This document shows, in pieces, positions 1 to 12,289 of a stretch of DNA of 64,000 nt; positions within the stretch are counted from its first letter, which is position 1; each line of letters opens with the position of its first letter. This stretch comes from an uncultured Actinomycetes bacterium (GTDB lineage: Bacteria; Actinomycetota; Thermoleophilia; UBA2241), in contig CAWAPD010000003.1 in NCBI GenBank assembly GCA_963783865.1, positions 71,171 through 135,170 of the forward strand, written 5' to 3'. The notes beneath the pieces were generated by a model that was given only the letters and a program-made list of their open reading frames with translations, was not told the origin of the DNA and ran no database searches. A program made the translations under genes and the position numbers.

Positions 1-299
1 GGTACCTGCTGCTCGCCACCGGCCTGTTCTGCATCGGCGCCTACGGCGTGCTGGCGCGCCGCAACGTCGTGCTCATCGTCATGAGCCTCGAGCTGATGCT
101 CAACGCCGTGAACATCGCCCTCGTGGCCTTCGCCAACTTCGTCGACCTGCCCGAGTTCAGGCAGCGCGGCATCTACTTCGCGCTGTTCGTGATCACCATC
201 GCGGCGGCCGAGGTCACCGTGGGGCTGGCCATCATCGTCGCCAACTACCGCAACCGGCGCAGCGTGCAGACCGACGAGTTCAGCGAGATGAGAGGCTAG
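1..299 (+). CDS. nuoK: NADH-quinone oxidoreductase subunit K (5' partial; frame runs from position 3, stop TAG 297-299)
   Basis: Translation YLLLATGLFCIGAYGVLARRNVVLIVMSLELMLNAVNIALVAF... is a typical NuoK/ND4L sequence; it is followed immediately by nuoL. Confidence 0.85.
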   Translation, partial: YLLLATGLFCIGAYGVLARRNVVLIVMSLELMLNAVNIALVAFANFVDLPEFRQRGIYFALFVITIAAAEVTVGLAIIVANYRNRRSVQTDEFSEMRG

Positions 300-308
300 G
301 GGGGCGCG

Positions 309-2206
309 GTGCTCAAGACGGCCGTCACGCTGATCCCGCTCCTGCCGCTGGCCGGGTTCGTGGTCACGCTGCTGTTGGGCAAGCGCTTCATGGGCAGGCG
401 CGCCGACGTGCTGTCGCTCGCGATGGTCACGGTCTCGTGGGTGCTGAGCATGTACGTGGTCGCGCATGTGCTCGGCCATCGTGAGGAGGTCGTCAACTTC
501 AACCTCTTCACCTGGTTCCGGTCGGGTTCGTTCGTCGTGCAGTGGGGCTACTACGTCGACACGCTGACCGCGGTGATGCTCGTCGTGGTGAGCACGATCG
601 GCATGCTCGTCCACTACTACTCGATCGGCTACATGCGCGGTGACGAGGGCTACTACCGGTTCTTCGCCTACCTGAACCTGTTCATGTTCAGCATGTTCAT
701 CCTGATCCTGGCCAACAACTACCTGCTCGTGTTCCTGGCCTGGGAGGGCGTCGGCCTCTGCTCGTACCTGCTGATCAGCTTCTGGTTCCGCAAGAAGAGC
801 GCCTCGCAGGCGGGCAAGAAGGCCTTCCTCGTCAACCGCGTCGGCGACTTCGGCTTCACGCTGGGCATCTTCCTGATCTTCACGACGTTCGGGACGCTCC
901 AGTTCGCGCCGGTCTTCGTGCAGGCCGGGCATGCGAGCGCCGGCATCATGACGGCTATCTGCCTGTTGCTGTTCATGGGGGCGATGGGCAAGAGCGCCCA
1001 GTTCCCGCTGCACGTGTGGCTGCCCGACGCCATGGAGGGCCCGACCCCGGTCAGCGCCCTGATCCACGCGGCCACGATGGTCAACGCCGGCGTCTACCTG
1101 GTGGCGCGCTCATACCCGCTCTTCATCCACTCGCACAGCGCGATGCTGGTAGTCATGGGGATCGGCACGTTCACCGCCATCTACGCCGCGCTCATCGCCC
1201 TCACCCAGAACGACATCAAGCGCGTGATCGCCTACTCGACCGTCTCGTCGCTGGGCTTCATGTTCATGGCCCTGGGGGCGGGGGCGTGGGTCGCGGGTGT
1301 CTTCTACCTGCTCGCGCACGGCTTCTTCAAGGGCCTGCTGTTCCTCGACTCGGGCTCGGTGATCCACGGCATGTCGGGCGAGCAGGACATGCGGAAGATG
1401 GGAGGCCTGCGCAAGAAGCTGCCCATCACCTTCTGGACGATGCTGATCGGCGCCGTCGCCATGGCCGGGATCCCGCCGCTGTCGGGCTTCTGGGCCAAGG
1501 ACGAGATCCTCGGCGGCGCCTTCTCTCACGGCTACTACGTGGTGTGGGCCGTCGGCATCGTCGTCGCCTTCGTCACCGCCATCTACATGTTCCGTCTCAT
1601 CTTCATGACCTTCTGGGGCGAGAACCGCGCGTCCGACGAGGTCAAGGCGCACATCCACGAATCGCCCAAGGTCATGACGGTGCCGCTGATCATCCTGGCG
1701 GTGCCGGCGGCCTGCATCGGCCTGTTCGTCGGCTGGTCGCCCGAGAGCGGCTTCGTCCACCGGTTCCTGGAGCCGGCGTTCAGGGGCCTCGAGGGCGAAG
1801 GGTTCGCGTGGGCCGGCACGGGCGGCCTGCTGATGCTGATCTCGATCGCCGTGGTCCTCGCCGGCACCTACGTGGCCTACGTCATGTACGTGCGCCGCAG
1901 CGAGCTTCCGGCGCGGGCCGCGGAGCGGTTCCCATGGGCCTATCGCTGGTCGTTCAACAAGTTCTACCAGGACGAGTTCTACGAGAAGGCCGTCATCCGC
2001 CCGACGATCAGGTTCGCCGGCTGGCTGTGGACCTTCTTCGACACCAAGGTCATCGACGGCGCCGTCAACGGCCTCGCCTGGCTGTGGGAGCGCGCCGGGC
2101 GCGGCCTGCGGCCCTGGCAGACGGGCCGCGCCCAGAGCTACGCGATGAGCGTGCTCGTGGGCATGTTCGTCCTGTTCGTGCTGGTCAAGTTCTTCTGGGG
2201 GGCGTG

Positions 2207-2207
<1 letters not shown>
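309..2207 (+). CDS. nuoL: NADH-quinone oxidoreductase subunit L
   Basis: 632 aa polytopic membrane protein of the ND5/NuoL antiporter-like family (WEGVGLCSYLLISFW, HAATMVNAGVYL). GTG start at 309 with a GAGAGG RBS. Stop overlaps the nuoM start (ATGA). Confidence 0.9.
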
Positions 2208-3802
<1,595 letters not shown>

Positions 3803-5362
3803 ATGGGCGGCCCGATCCCGACGCCGCTCGAGGGCCAGGTGGCCGGCAACGCGTTCTGGCTGTTCCTGCCCGGCATCGTGACGGCGGCGACGGCGATCCT
3901 CGTGCTGCTGGTCGATGCCGTGCTGCCGCGCCGCCGGGCGGTGCTCGCCTGGGTGGCCGCGGCCGGCCTGGTCGCCGCCGCCGCCGTCGCTCTCGGACAG
4001 TGGATGACCTGGAAGGGCGGCTGGGCGCTGTACGGCGTCTTCACCGGCAAGCTCCGGTTCAGCGGGCGCGAGGCCGTCGCCGGCTTCCACAGCATGGTCT
4101 CGATGGACCAGTACGCGCTCTTCTTCGTCGTGCTGTTCTGCGTGATCGGCGTCGTCTCGATCATGCTGTCCGACGACTACCTCAAGCGGCACCGCACGCG
4201 GCCCGGCGAGTTCTACGCCCTGCTGCTGATGGTCGTGACCGGCATGATCGGCATGGCGGCGTCGACCGACCTGATCGCCCTCTTCGTCTCGTTCGAGCTC
4301 ATGTCGCTACCGACCTATGTGCTCGCCGGCTCCCTGAGCGGCGACCGACGGTCGGGCGAGGCGTCGCTCAAGTACTTCGTCAACGGCGCCTTCTCGTCGG
4401 CGATCCTCGTGTTCGGGATGGCGCTGCTGTACGGCCTGACGGGGGCGACGTCCTACGCGCAGATGCACGCCCAGGCCGGCTCGTTCCCGCTGACGAGCGG
4501 CCTCGGCGTCGCCGGCCTCGTGCTGGTGATCACCGGCTTCGGCTTCAAGATCGCCGCCGTCCCGTTCCACGGGTGGGCGCCCGACGTCTACGAGGGGGCG
4601 CCGACGCCGTTCACAGCCTTCATGTCGGTCGGCATCAAGGCCGCCGCCTTCGCCGGCCTGATGCGCCTGTTCGGCGTGGCGCTGATGCACGGCTCGCTGA
4701 TCTGGACCGACGCGCTCATCGTCCTCGCGGTGCTGACCATGGTCGTCGGCAACGTGCTGGCGCTGCCCCAGCGCAACATCAAGCGGATGCTCGCCTACTC
4801 CAGCATCGCCCACGCCGGCTACCTCCTGCTCGGCGTGATCGCCATGGGCCGTTCCCACTCCTCCGGGGGCGTGAGCGCCGTCCTGTTCTACCTCGTGGCC
4901 TACGCGTTCATGAACCTGGGCGCCTTCGGGATCCTGGTGCTGATCCGCAACCGGCAGGCCGAGTTCCACTACCGGCTCGACGAGATCGCCGGGCTCGCCA
5001 GGCGCATGCCGGTCGCTTCCCTTGCGATGACACTGTTCATGCTCTCGCTGACCGGTATCCCGCCGCTGGCCGGGTTCTGGGGCAAGTTCTTCATCTTCGC
5101 GGCCGCGGTCGACGCCCACCTGTGGTGGCTCGCAGTGGTCGCGGTCGTCATGAGCGCCGTGTCGGCCTTCTACTACCTGCGCGTCGTCTGGTACATGTAC
5201 TTCCGTGAGGCGGCCGGCGCCGAGCCCGCGCTCGAGCGCACGAGCGCCGGCATGCGGGGATCGCTGGCGGTGGCGGCGCTCGGGGTCGTGGTCATCGGGC
5301 TGTATCCGCAGCCGGTCATCGCCGCCGCCCAGAACGCGCTGCGTATCCTGCTCGGCGGCTGA
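3803..5362 (+). CDS. nuoN: NADH-quinone oxidoreductase subunit N
   Basis: 519 aa ND2/NuoN-like membrane protein. ATG immediately follows the nuoM stop TAG. Confidence 0.9.
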   Translation: MGGPIPTPLEGQVAGNAFWLFLPGIVTAATAILVLLVDAVLPRRRAVLAWVAAAGLVAAAAVALGQWMTWKGGWALYGVFTGKLRFSGREAVAGFHSMVSMDQYALFFVVLFCVIGVVSIMLSDDYLKRHRTRPGEFYALLLMVVTGMIGMAASTDLIALFVSFELMSLPTYVLAGSLSGDRRSGEASLKYFVNGAFSSAILVFGMALLYGLTGATSYAQMHAQAGSFPLTSGLGVAGLVLVITGFGFKIAAVPFHGWAPDVYEGAPTPFTAFMSVGIKAAAFAGLMRLFGVALMHGSLIWTDALIVLAVLTMVVGNVLALPQRNIKRMLAYSSIAHAGYLLLGVIAMGRSHSSGGVSAVLFYLVAYAFMNLGAFGILVLIRNRQAEFHYRLDEIAGLARRMPVASLAMTLFMLSLTGIPPLAGFWGKFFIFAAAVDAHLWWLAVVAVVMSAVSAFYYLRVVWYMYFREAAGAEPALERTSAGMRGSLAVAALGVVVIGLYPQPVIAAAQNALRILLGG

Positions 5363-5442
5363 GGCGCCGCCGCGCCGGCCCGGCCGTTCCGGTCCTGTAT
5401 ACTTCGCGGGGGCCGCTCCCGGCCCCCACGAAGGGAAACCTT

Positions 5443-6216
5443 GTGAAGATCCTGTTCCTCGGTGACGTGGTCGGCCAGCCCGGCCGCGACGCCGTGTTGC
5501 GGCACCTGCCACAGCTGATCGAAGAGCACGACGCCGACTTCGTCGTCGTCAACGGCGAGAACGCCGCCAACGGCGTCGGCATCACGTCGAAGATCGCCCT
5601 GCGCCTGCTGGCCGGCGGCGTGGACGTGATCACCACGGGCAACCACGTGTGGCGCCAGAAGGAGGTCTATCCCTTCCTGGCGGCCGACGACCGCATCGTG
5701 CGGCCGGCCAACTTCCCGGCCGCCAGCCCCGGCCGCGGTCTCACCTGCCGGCCCTCGCGCAGCGGCGAGCCGGTGGCGGTCATCAACCTCATGGGGAACC
5801 TGTACATCGACGCCGGCCTGTCGCCCTTCCGCATCGTGGAGCGGCTGGTCGAGGAGGCGGCGGCGCTGGCCGAGACGATCGTCGTCGACATGCACGCCGA
5901 GGCGACCAGCGAGAAGGTGGCCATGGGCCACCTTCTCGCTGGTCGCGTCACCGCCGTCATCGGCACGCACACGCACGTGCAGACGGCCGACGACGAGGTC
6001 CTGGCCCCCGGCACGGCGTATATCACCGACGTGGGCATGTGCGGCTCCCACGACTCGGTCATCGGGGTCAAGAAGGAGATCATCGTCCGCCGTTTCCTCA
6101 CCGAGATGCCGGCCCAGTTCGAGGTCGCCGACAGGGACGTGCGGCTGAACGGGGTGGTCGTGACCAGCGAAGGCGGACGCGCGATCGGCGTGCGGAGGCT
6201 TCTGCTACAGGATTAG
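5443..6216 (+). CDS. YmdB-like metallophosphoesterase (2',3'-cyclic-nucleotide phosphodiesterase family, TIGR00282-like)
   Basis: N-terminus KILFLGDVVGQPGRD...FVVVNGENAANGVGIT...GNHVW closely matches B. subtilis YmdB. GTG start with an AAGGGA RBS. Confidence 0.8.
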   Translation: MKILFLGDVVGQPGRDAVLRHLPQLIEEHDADFVVVNGENAANGVGITSKIALRLLAGGVDVITTGNHVWRQKEVYPFLAADDRIVRPANFPAASPGRGLTCRPSRSGEPVAVINLMGNLYIDAGLSPFRIVERLVEEAAALAETIVVDMHAEATSEKVAMGHLLAGRVTAVIGTHTHVQTADDEVLAPGTAYITDVGMCGSHDSVIGVKKEIIVRRFLTEMPAQFEVADRDVRLNGVVVTSEGGRAIGVRRLLLQD

Positions 6217-6316
6217 ACGAGGTACCATTTGGTCACCATCACCCCATGGAGGGCGGCCGATTGGGCGGCCGCCGAGGGCGGGTACTTGGTGATACGCGGT
6301 CAAGCGTGAGGGTCTG

Positions 6317-7828
6317 ATGGCTGGTGGGAGCGTCAAAGAGAAGACAGCATACGCCGTCGCGCAATCCTCCGTGCCTGCCTTCGAAGGCGAAGAGACTGCC
6401 TTCGCGCCGGCCGGTCGGCGGGTCTTCGTCACCGTCCTCGCCGACGTCGTGGCCATCCTTCTCGCCGACCTGCTCGCGATCGGCATCACACGCTGGCTGA
6501 CCGAGGCTCCGAGCGCGGGACGTGTGTTCGCCCAGTTCGACGTGGCGCCCAACGGCGGGGCGTTCGCCGTGCTCCTGCTGATCCCCTGGTGGTTGTTCGT
6601 GCTCTACTCCTTCGGGCTGTACCGGCAGGCGCAACGCAGCATCGGGGGGTCGAGCTTCGACGAGGCCATGCACGGCCTGACCGCCCTGACGGTCGGGGCA
6701 TGGCTGCTGACGCTGGCACTCCTGGTCGTCGAGGGCGACGACACGTCGCTCGGCTACGTCCTCGTCTTCTGGGCCGCGGCGGCCGTGACGATCCCCGCGA
6801 TGCGCTGGATCGCGCGTGCTGTTGTCTGGTCAGGCGACACTTTTGCGGAGCGCACGGTGATCATCGGCGCCGGCACCGTGGGCCACACCCTGGCGGCCAA
6901 GATCGACAAGCACCCCGAGTACCACCTGCGCCTCGTCGGGTTCCTCGACGACGGCGAGCCGCTGGGCCGGACCAACTCGTCGGTGCCGGTCGTCGGCCAC
7001 CTGTCCGACCTCGACGCGGTGATCCGCGAGAAGGAGGTCACGCGCGTCATCATCGCCTTCTCCCGCGCCCGCCACCAGCAGATCCTGAGCGTCGTGCGGA
7101 CCTGTGCGGAATACGGTGTGCGGGTGAACATCGTGCCGCGGCTGTTCGAGATCCTCAGCTCGCAGATGGCGCTTGACGACATCGAGGGCATCCCGCTGCT
7201 CGATGTCGCCAACGTCGAGCTCAGCCGGTTCAACATGCTCGTGAAGCGGGCGTTCGACCTGGTGGTCGGCGGCCTGATCTTCCTCATCACGCTGCCGGTC
7301 ATCGCCGTCCTGGCCACGCTCGTGAAGCTCGACTCGCCGGGTCCCGTGTTCTACCGGCAGCCGCGCGCGGGGCGCGGCGGGCGCGAGTTCCGCATCTTCA
7401 AGATGCGCTCCATGTACATCGACGCCGAGAAGCGGCGCAAGGAGCTGGCGGCGATGAACGAGTACTCGGGGCCGATGTTCAAGATCAAGGAGGACCCGCG
7501 GATCACGCGCCTCGGCGCCGTCATGCGGCGCTGGAGCCTCGACGAGCTGCCCCAGATCTTCAACGTCCTGTCGGGCGACATGAGCCTCGTGGGGCCACGG
7601 CCCCTGTGGGTCGAGGAGGCGAGGCAGTGCCGCGGCTGGACGCGCAAGCGGCTCGACATCACGCCCGGGATCACCGGTCTGTGGCAGGTCCTCGGCCGTA
7701 ACGACATCCCGTTCGACGAGATGGTCAAGCTCGACTATATGTACGTCACCGGCTGGACGCTGAGCTGGGACGTGAAGCTGCTGGCGCAGACCGTACCGGC
7801 CGTGCTCGGCCGGCGAGGCGCCTACTGA
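6317..7828 (+). CDS. Exopolysaccharide biosynthesis polyprenyl glycosylphosphotransferase (WbaP/EpsL-type priming sugar transferase)
   Basis: N-terminal TM segments, a CoA-binding-like middle region and a C-terminal bacterial sugar transferase domain (DSPGPVFYRQPRAG..REFRIFKMRSM...LDELPQIFNVLSGDMSLVGPRP). Confidence 0.85.
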   Translation: MAGGSVKEKTAYAVAQSSVPAFEGEETAFAPAGRRVFVTVLADVVAILLADLLAIGITRWLTEAPSAGRVFAQFDVAPNGGAFAVLLLIPWWLFVLYSFGLYRQAQRSIGGSSFDEAMHGLTALTVGAWLLTLALLVVEGDDTSLGYVLVFWAAAAVTIPAMRWIARAVVWSGDTFAERTVIIGAGTVGHTLAAKIDKHPEYHLRLVGFLDDGEPLGRTNSSVPVVGHLSDLDAVIREKEVTRVIIAFSRARHQQILSVVRTCAEYGVRVNIVPRLFEILSSQMALDDIEGIPLLDVANVELSRFNMLVKRAFDLVVGGLIFLITLPVIAVLATLVKLDSPGPVFYRQPRAGRGGREFRIFKMRSMYIDAEKRRKELAAMNEYSGPMFKIKEDPRITRLGAVMRRWSLDELPQIFNVLSGDMSLVGPRPLWVEEARQCRGWTRKRLDITPGITGLWQVLGRNDIPFDEMVKLDYMYVTGWTLSWDVKLLAQTVPAVLGRRGAY

Positions 7829-7852
7829 GGGCACGTCCGCCCGTCGCCGGCG

Positions 7853-9427
7853 GTGAGCCTGGTGGGAGACGATGCCGGCGACCGTGTGGCGACACGCACG
7901 GCGAAGGCAGCGGCCGACCACCCGCCCCCGAGGCGCTGGCAAGTGCCCAGTGAGGGTATGGGTGAAGGCATGACCATCCAGACAGACAGGCCCGCGCCGC
8001 GCGTGGTCGAGGCCGGGGGCAGCCGGATCGAGCTGTTCGTCGACGACCGCATCGCCCCCGACGCGCGTGCCCTCGACCAGCTCGCGGCGCTCAGCCGGCT
8101 GCCCCACGTCGTGTCGCCGGTGGTCGCCATGCCCGACATCCACTCCAAGGGCCGCAACCCGGCCCCCACGGGCATCGTCGTCGCCGTCGAGGGCGGCGTG
8201 GTGCCGCTGGCGCTCGACGCCGGTCTCAACTGCGGCATGCGCGTGCACGTGCTGGACGCCGTCGCCGACGAGCTTTCGGAGGAGCGCCTGCGGCAGCTGT
8301 TCGCCGCCCTCTCGGAGGCCGTGCCGACGGGATGGTGGCCCGAGCCGGTACTGAGCGATCCCGAGCTCGAGGGTGTCCTGCGGACCGGCGCGGCCTGGGT
8401 GGTCGACCGCCGGGACGGCCGTGGCGGACCGGTGGCCCGCATCGAGAACGGCGGCGCGATCCCCGACCCGAGCCCGCGCGAGGTCCTGACCGGGCGCGTG
8501 CGGCGGCGGGCGCTGCGCGGGCTCGGCGTCCTGGGCGCCGGCAACCACTTCCTGGAGCTGCACGTGGTCGACAGCGTCCTGCACGAGCACGCCGCCGCCC
8601 TCGGCCTCGAGGAGGGTCGCCTGCTGGCGATCCTTCACTCGGGCTCCGGCGTGGTCGGCAAGAACCTCGGGCTCTACTTCGGGGAGCGCGACGAGCTGCA
8701 CGGGCGCCGCAAGCGGCAGACCCGCGCCGAGAAGCTGGTCTACCACCTGTCGGCGCCCGGACCGCGAGGCGCCCGCCTGCAGCACTTCCGCAAGGAGTTC
8801 GCCTGGCTGGCCGCCGATTCGGTCGAGGGGCGGCGGTTCCTGCGGGCGGTCGCCGTGGCGGCCAACTACGGCTACGCCAACCGGGCCGCCATCGGGGCCG
8901 CCCTCGAGCAGGCCGTCGCCCGCACGCTCGGCCCGTCGGTCGGCGCGCCCCTGCTCTACGACGTCTCGCACGTCCTCGTCCAGCGTGAGCAGCATGCCGG
9001 GCGCGACCTGTTCGTCCATCGCCACGGGGCCAGCCGCGCCTTCCCGCCGAGCCTGATGCGCGCGTCGGGAGCCGACGCCCTGTTCGCCGTCACGGGGCAG
9101 CCGTTCCCGGTGCCGGGCTCGATGGGCGACCACAGCTACATCTGCGTCGGCAGCGAGGGCGCCGCCACGACCTATTTCTCGGCCAACCACGGGGCCGGCC
9201 GCACGCTCGACAAGCCGCAGGCGCGCGAGGCCTTCACCGCCGACGCCGTGCGCGAGCAGCTCTCGGACCGCGGCATCGCCCTATACCAGCACGGCGCCGA
9301 CCTGGGGCTGGCCGAACAGGCCCCGGGGGCGTTCAAGGACGTCGCCGCCGTGATCGACGTGATGCAGCGGCTCGACGTCGCCGTGCCCGTCGCGCGCACC
9401 ACGCCGCTCGCCACGATGAAGGGCTGA
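7853..9427 (+). CDS. RtcB-family (RNA 3'-phosphate ligase-like) protein embedded in the EPS operon
   Basis: RtcB signature motifs are present: AMPDIHSKG, LDAGLNCGM (metal-binding Cys), GAGNHFLELH, HRHGASRAF and SANHGAGR (the guanylylated His). The true start may be the internal GTG/ATG at MGEGMTIQ. Confidence 0.75.
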   Translation: MSLVGDDAGDRVATRTAKAAADHPPPRRWQVPSEGMGEGMTIQTDRPAPRVVEAGGSRIELFVDDRIAPDARALDQLAALSRLPHVVSPVVAMPDIHSKGRNPAPTGIVVAVEGGVVPLALDAGLNCGMRVHVLDAVADELSEERLRQLFAALSEAVPTGWWPEPVLSDPELEGVLRTGAAWVVDRRDGRGGPVARIENGGAIPDPSPREVLTGRVRRRALRGLGVLGAGNHFLELHVVDSVLHEHAAALGLEEGRLLAILHSGSGVVGKNLGLYFGERDELHGRRKRQTRAEKLVYHLSAPGPRGARLQHFRKEFAWLAADSVEGRRFLRAVAVAANYGYANRAAIGAALEQAVARTLGPSVGAPLLYDVSHVLVQREQHAGRDLFVHRHGASRAFPPSLMRASGADALFAVTGQPFPVPGSMGDHSYICVGSEGAATTYFSANHGAGRTLDKPQAREAFTADAVREQLSDRGIALYQHGADLGLAEQAPGAFKDVAAVIDVMQRLDVAVPVARTTPLATMKG

Positions 9428-9431
9428 CGCA

Positions 9432-10907
9432 GTGTACGAGCAGCTGCGGCGCCTGTTCCGCCACTCGGCCGCCTACACCGCGGGGAGCATGCTGAACAAG
9501 GCGTTCGCGTTCCTGCTCGTGCCGATCTACACGCGCAGCATGACGCGCGGCGACTACGGCGACCTCGCCTTGCTGGGCGCCGGCGCGGCCGTGCTCGCCG
9601 TCGCCTACGAGTTCGGCATCTCGTCGGCCGTGATGCGCTTCTACTACGACTACGACGACGAGGGCTCCCGGCGCCGCTACATCGGCTCGATGTGGCTGTT
9701 CGTGACGGTCGCCACCGGGCTCGTGACCCTCGCGCTGCTGTTCTCGGGACACTGGTTCCTCGGCGCTTTGTTCAAGGACATCCCCTTCTGGCCGTATGTC
9801 GGCTTCACCATCCTCTCGACGTTCCTGTCGGCGGCCAACGTCATCCCCTGGGTGCTGATCCGCATCCGCGAACAGTCGACCCGGTTCATCGTGCTCGTGC
9901 TGGGCCAGTCGGTGGTGCTGGCCATCGCCGTGCTCGTGTTCGTGGTCGGCCTGCACCTCGGACTGCTCGGCGCCGTGCTGGCGGTCTTCGTGCAATCGTG
10001 CGCGATCTACGTGTTCTTCACCGCCTACACCTTGCGCAACGCCTCGCTGCGCGGCGTGGCCTGGGCGTTCGTGGCCGGCTCGGTCAAGTACGGGATGCCG
10101 GTGCTGCTGCTGCAGGCGGGGTGGTGGGTCCTGGACGCGTCGGACCGGTTCCTGCTGCGCCACTGGCGCCCCGCGTCGATCGTCGCGCTCTACAGCGTGG
10201 GGTACGCCATCGGGCGCATCCTGATCATGGTCTCGCAGGCGATCAACCAGGCCTGGACGCCGTTCTTCTACGCCACGGTCAAGGAGAAGAACCCCGACGC
10301 CAAGCGCCTGTTCAGCTACACGGCCACCTACTACACGCTCGTGGTCAGCGCTCTCGGGCTGGTCGTCGTCGTGTTCGCCCGCGAGGCGGTGCTGTTCTTC
10401 GGCGGACACGCGTACCTGCAGGCCGAGCGGGTGACGCCCCTGATCATGCTCGCCGCGGTGATCCAGAGCATGTTCTACGTGCCGAGCCGCGGCATCTTCC
10501 TGCAGAAGCGCACCGGCCTGCTGCCGCTGATCCTCGGCGCCGGGGCTGCCGTCAACGTGGGGCTGAACCTGTGGCTGATCCCGGCCTACGGGATGATGGG
10601 CGCCGCGGTCGCGACCGTCGCCGGCTACGCGGTCGCCGTCGCGTTCACCTTCGTCGTCTCGCAGCGGCTGTACCCGATCGACTACCAGGTCGGCCGCATG
10701 GCGACGATCTTCGCCGTGCTGATCGCGCTGTCGACGGCCGCCACGCTGGTCCATCCATCGGTGTGGTACGTTGCCGTGCTGTGGAAGATAAGCCTGCTGC
10801 TGGCGGCGCCGGTGGCGCTGTGGGCGCTCGGTTTCTTCGAGGACGCCGAGATCGCCAGGCTGCGGCACCTGCTGGCGCGACGCCGGTCGGTGGGGGAGGC
10901 GACGTGA
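9432..10907 (+). CDS. Wzx-like oligosaccharide flippase (MOP/polysaccharide biosynthesis protein family)
   Basis: 491 aa with about 12-14 predicted TM helices. The N-terminus FRHSAAYTAGSMLNKAFAFLLVPIYTRSM is typical of Wzx/PST-family flippases. Confidence 0.75.
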   Translation: MYEQLRRLFRHSAAYTAGSMLNKAFAFLLVPIYTRSMTRGDYGDLALLGAGAAVLAVAYEFGISSAVMRFYYDYDDEGSRRRYIGSMWLFVTVATGLVTLALLFSGHWFLGALFKDIPFWPYVGFTILSTFLSAANVIPWVLIRIREQSTRFIVLVLGQSVVLAIAVLVFVVGLHLGLLGAVLAVFVQSCAIYVFFTAYTLRNASLRGVAWAFVAGSVKYGMPVLLLQAGWWVLDASDRFLLRHWRPASIVALYSVGYAIGRILIMVSQAINQAWTPFFYATVKEKNPDAKRLFSYTATYYTLVVSALGLVVVVFAREAVLFFGGHAYLQAERVTPLIMLAAVIQSMFYVPSRGIFLQKRTGLLPLILGAGAAVNVGLNLWLIPAYGMMGAAVATVAGYAVAVAFTFVVSQRLYPIDYQVGRMATIFAVLIALSTAATLVHPSVWYVAVLWKISLLLAAPVALWALGFFEDAEIARLRHLLARRRSVGEAT

Positions 10908-12289
10908 GCGGAGGCACTCGGGATGGAGGCAGGCCCGACGGCACGGGGCGGGGCGGTCCGCTGCGCCACGTCCTGATCCTCGTCCAGAACCTGTCCGTGC
11001 CGCTCGACCGGCGCGTGTGGAACGAGTGCCGCACCCTGACCGCCGCCGGCTACGAGGTGTCGGTCGTCTGCCCGCGGGGCCGCACCCACGACCGCCGGTT
11101 CGTCGAGACGGTGGCCGGCGTGCGCATCTATCGTTATTCGGCGCCGCGCACGCTGCCCGGGCTCGCCGGCTACATCTGGGAGTACGGCTACGCGCTCACG
11201 TGCACGCTCCTGCTCGCGCTGGTCGCCTACGCGCGGCGCCCGTTCCAGGCCATCCACGCCTGCAACCCGCCCGACCTGTTCTTCCTGATCGGGCGCTTCT
11301 TCGGCCGCTTCGGCGTGGCCTACCTGTTCGACCACCACGACGCCAACCCCGAGATCCTGGTGGCCAAGCGCGGCGGCACGCCCGGGCACGGGTTCCCGGA
11401 ACTGGTGGTCGACTGGGCCGAGCATGGCAACTTCACGACCGCCGAGGTGGTCGTCTCGCCCAACGGCTCGTACCGCGACATCGCCCTGGGCAGGGGCGGA
11501 CGGCGACCGGAAGACGTGTTCCTGGTGCGCAGCGCGCCGTGGCTCGAGGAGTTCCCGGCCGGCGGCCCGGCCGGGTTCGACCGGCGCGGGCACGAGTTCC
11601 TCGTCGGCTACCTCGGCGTGATGGGCGTGCAGGACGGCGTCGACGTGCTGGTCCGCGCAGCGGCCCTGCTCGTCGACGCCGGCTACGACCTGCTGCTGTA
11701 CCTGGCCGGCGGCGGCGAGTCGTACGACGAGGTCGCGGCGCTCGCCGCCGAGCTCGGCATCGCCGACCGCGTGCTCATGCCCGGCTACCAGGACCGCGAC
11801 CAGTTCGGGCCGCCGCTGCGCAGCGCCGACGTGTGCGTGGCGCCCGACCCGCCGGGGCCGTTCAACGACATCTCGACGATGAACAAGATCGTCGAGTACA
11901 TGGCGCTGGGGCGCCCGGCCGTGGCCTTCGGGCTGCCCGAGAACCGCGTGTCGGGCGGCGACGCGGTGGTCTACGCCGAGGAGCCGACGGCCGAGGGCCT
12001 GGCGACCGCGATCGGGGCCGTGCTCGAGCTCGGCCCCGAGCGCGAGGAGCTGGCCCGCCGCGGCCGTCGCCGGTTCGAGCAGGCGCTCGCCTGGGAGCAC
12101 TCGCAGGCGCCCCTCCTGGCCGCCTACGAGCGCCTGGAGGAGCGCATGCGGGAGGGGGCGCGAGAGGGTCAAGCTTCCACGGGTGCGCCCGAGGGCGACG
12201 GTGCGGGGGCGCCGGGCGCCTCGAGCGGCGGCGAGCGGGTCGAGGCGTTCGAGGGGGCGAGACGAGGCGTTCGAGGGGGCGGGCCGTGA
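10904..12289 (+). CDS. Glycosyltransferase family 4 (GT-B, group 1)
   Basis: GTG 10904 overlaps the flippase stop (GTGA). VLILVQNLSVPLDRRVWNE is a GT4 N-terminal domain. The C-terminal domain carries the E..E region (KIVEYMALGRPAVAF). Confidence 0.8.
   Translation: MSGGTRDGGRPDGTGRGGPLRHVLILVQNLSVPLDRRVWNECRTLTAAGYEVSVVCPRGRTHDRRFVETVAGVRIYRYSAPRTLPGLAGYIWEYGYALTCTLLLALVAYARRPFQAIHACNPPDLFFLIGRFFGRFGVAYLFDHHDANPEILVAKRGGTPGHGFPELVVDWAEHGNFTTAEVVVSPNGSYRDIALGRGGRRPEDVFLVRSAPWLEEFPAGGPAGFDRRGHEFLVGYLGVMGVQDGVDVLVRAAALLVDAGYDLLLYLAGGGESYDEVAALAAELGIADRVLMPGYQDRDQFGPPLRSADVCVAPDPPGPFNDISTMNKIVEYMALGRPAVAFGLPENRVSGGDAVVYAEEPTAEGLATAIGAVLELGPEREELARRGRRRFEQALAWEHSQAPLLAAYERLEERMREGAREGQASTGAPEGDGAGAPGASSGGERVEAFEGARRGVRGGGP

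Noticed and set aside
6830-9190. 786-aa minus-strand ORF
   Set aside because: Antisense to the phosphotransferase and RtcB-like genes, so a GC-driven artefact.
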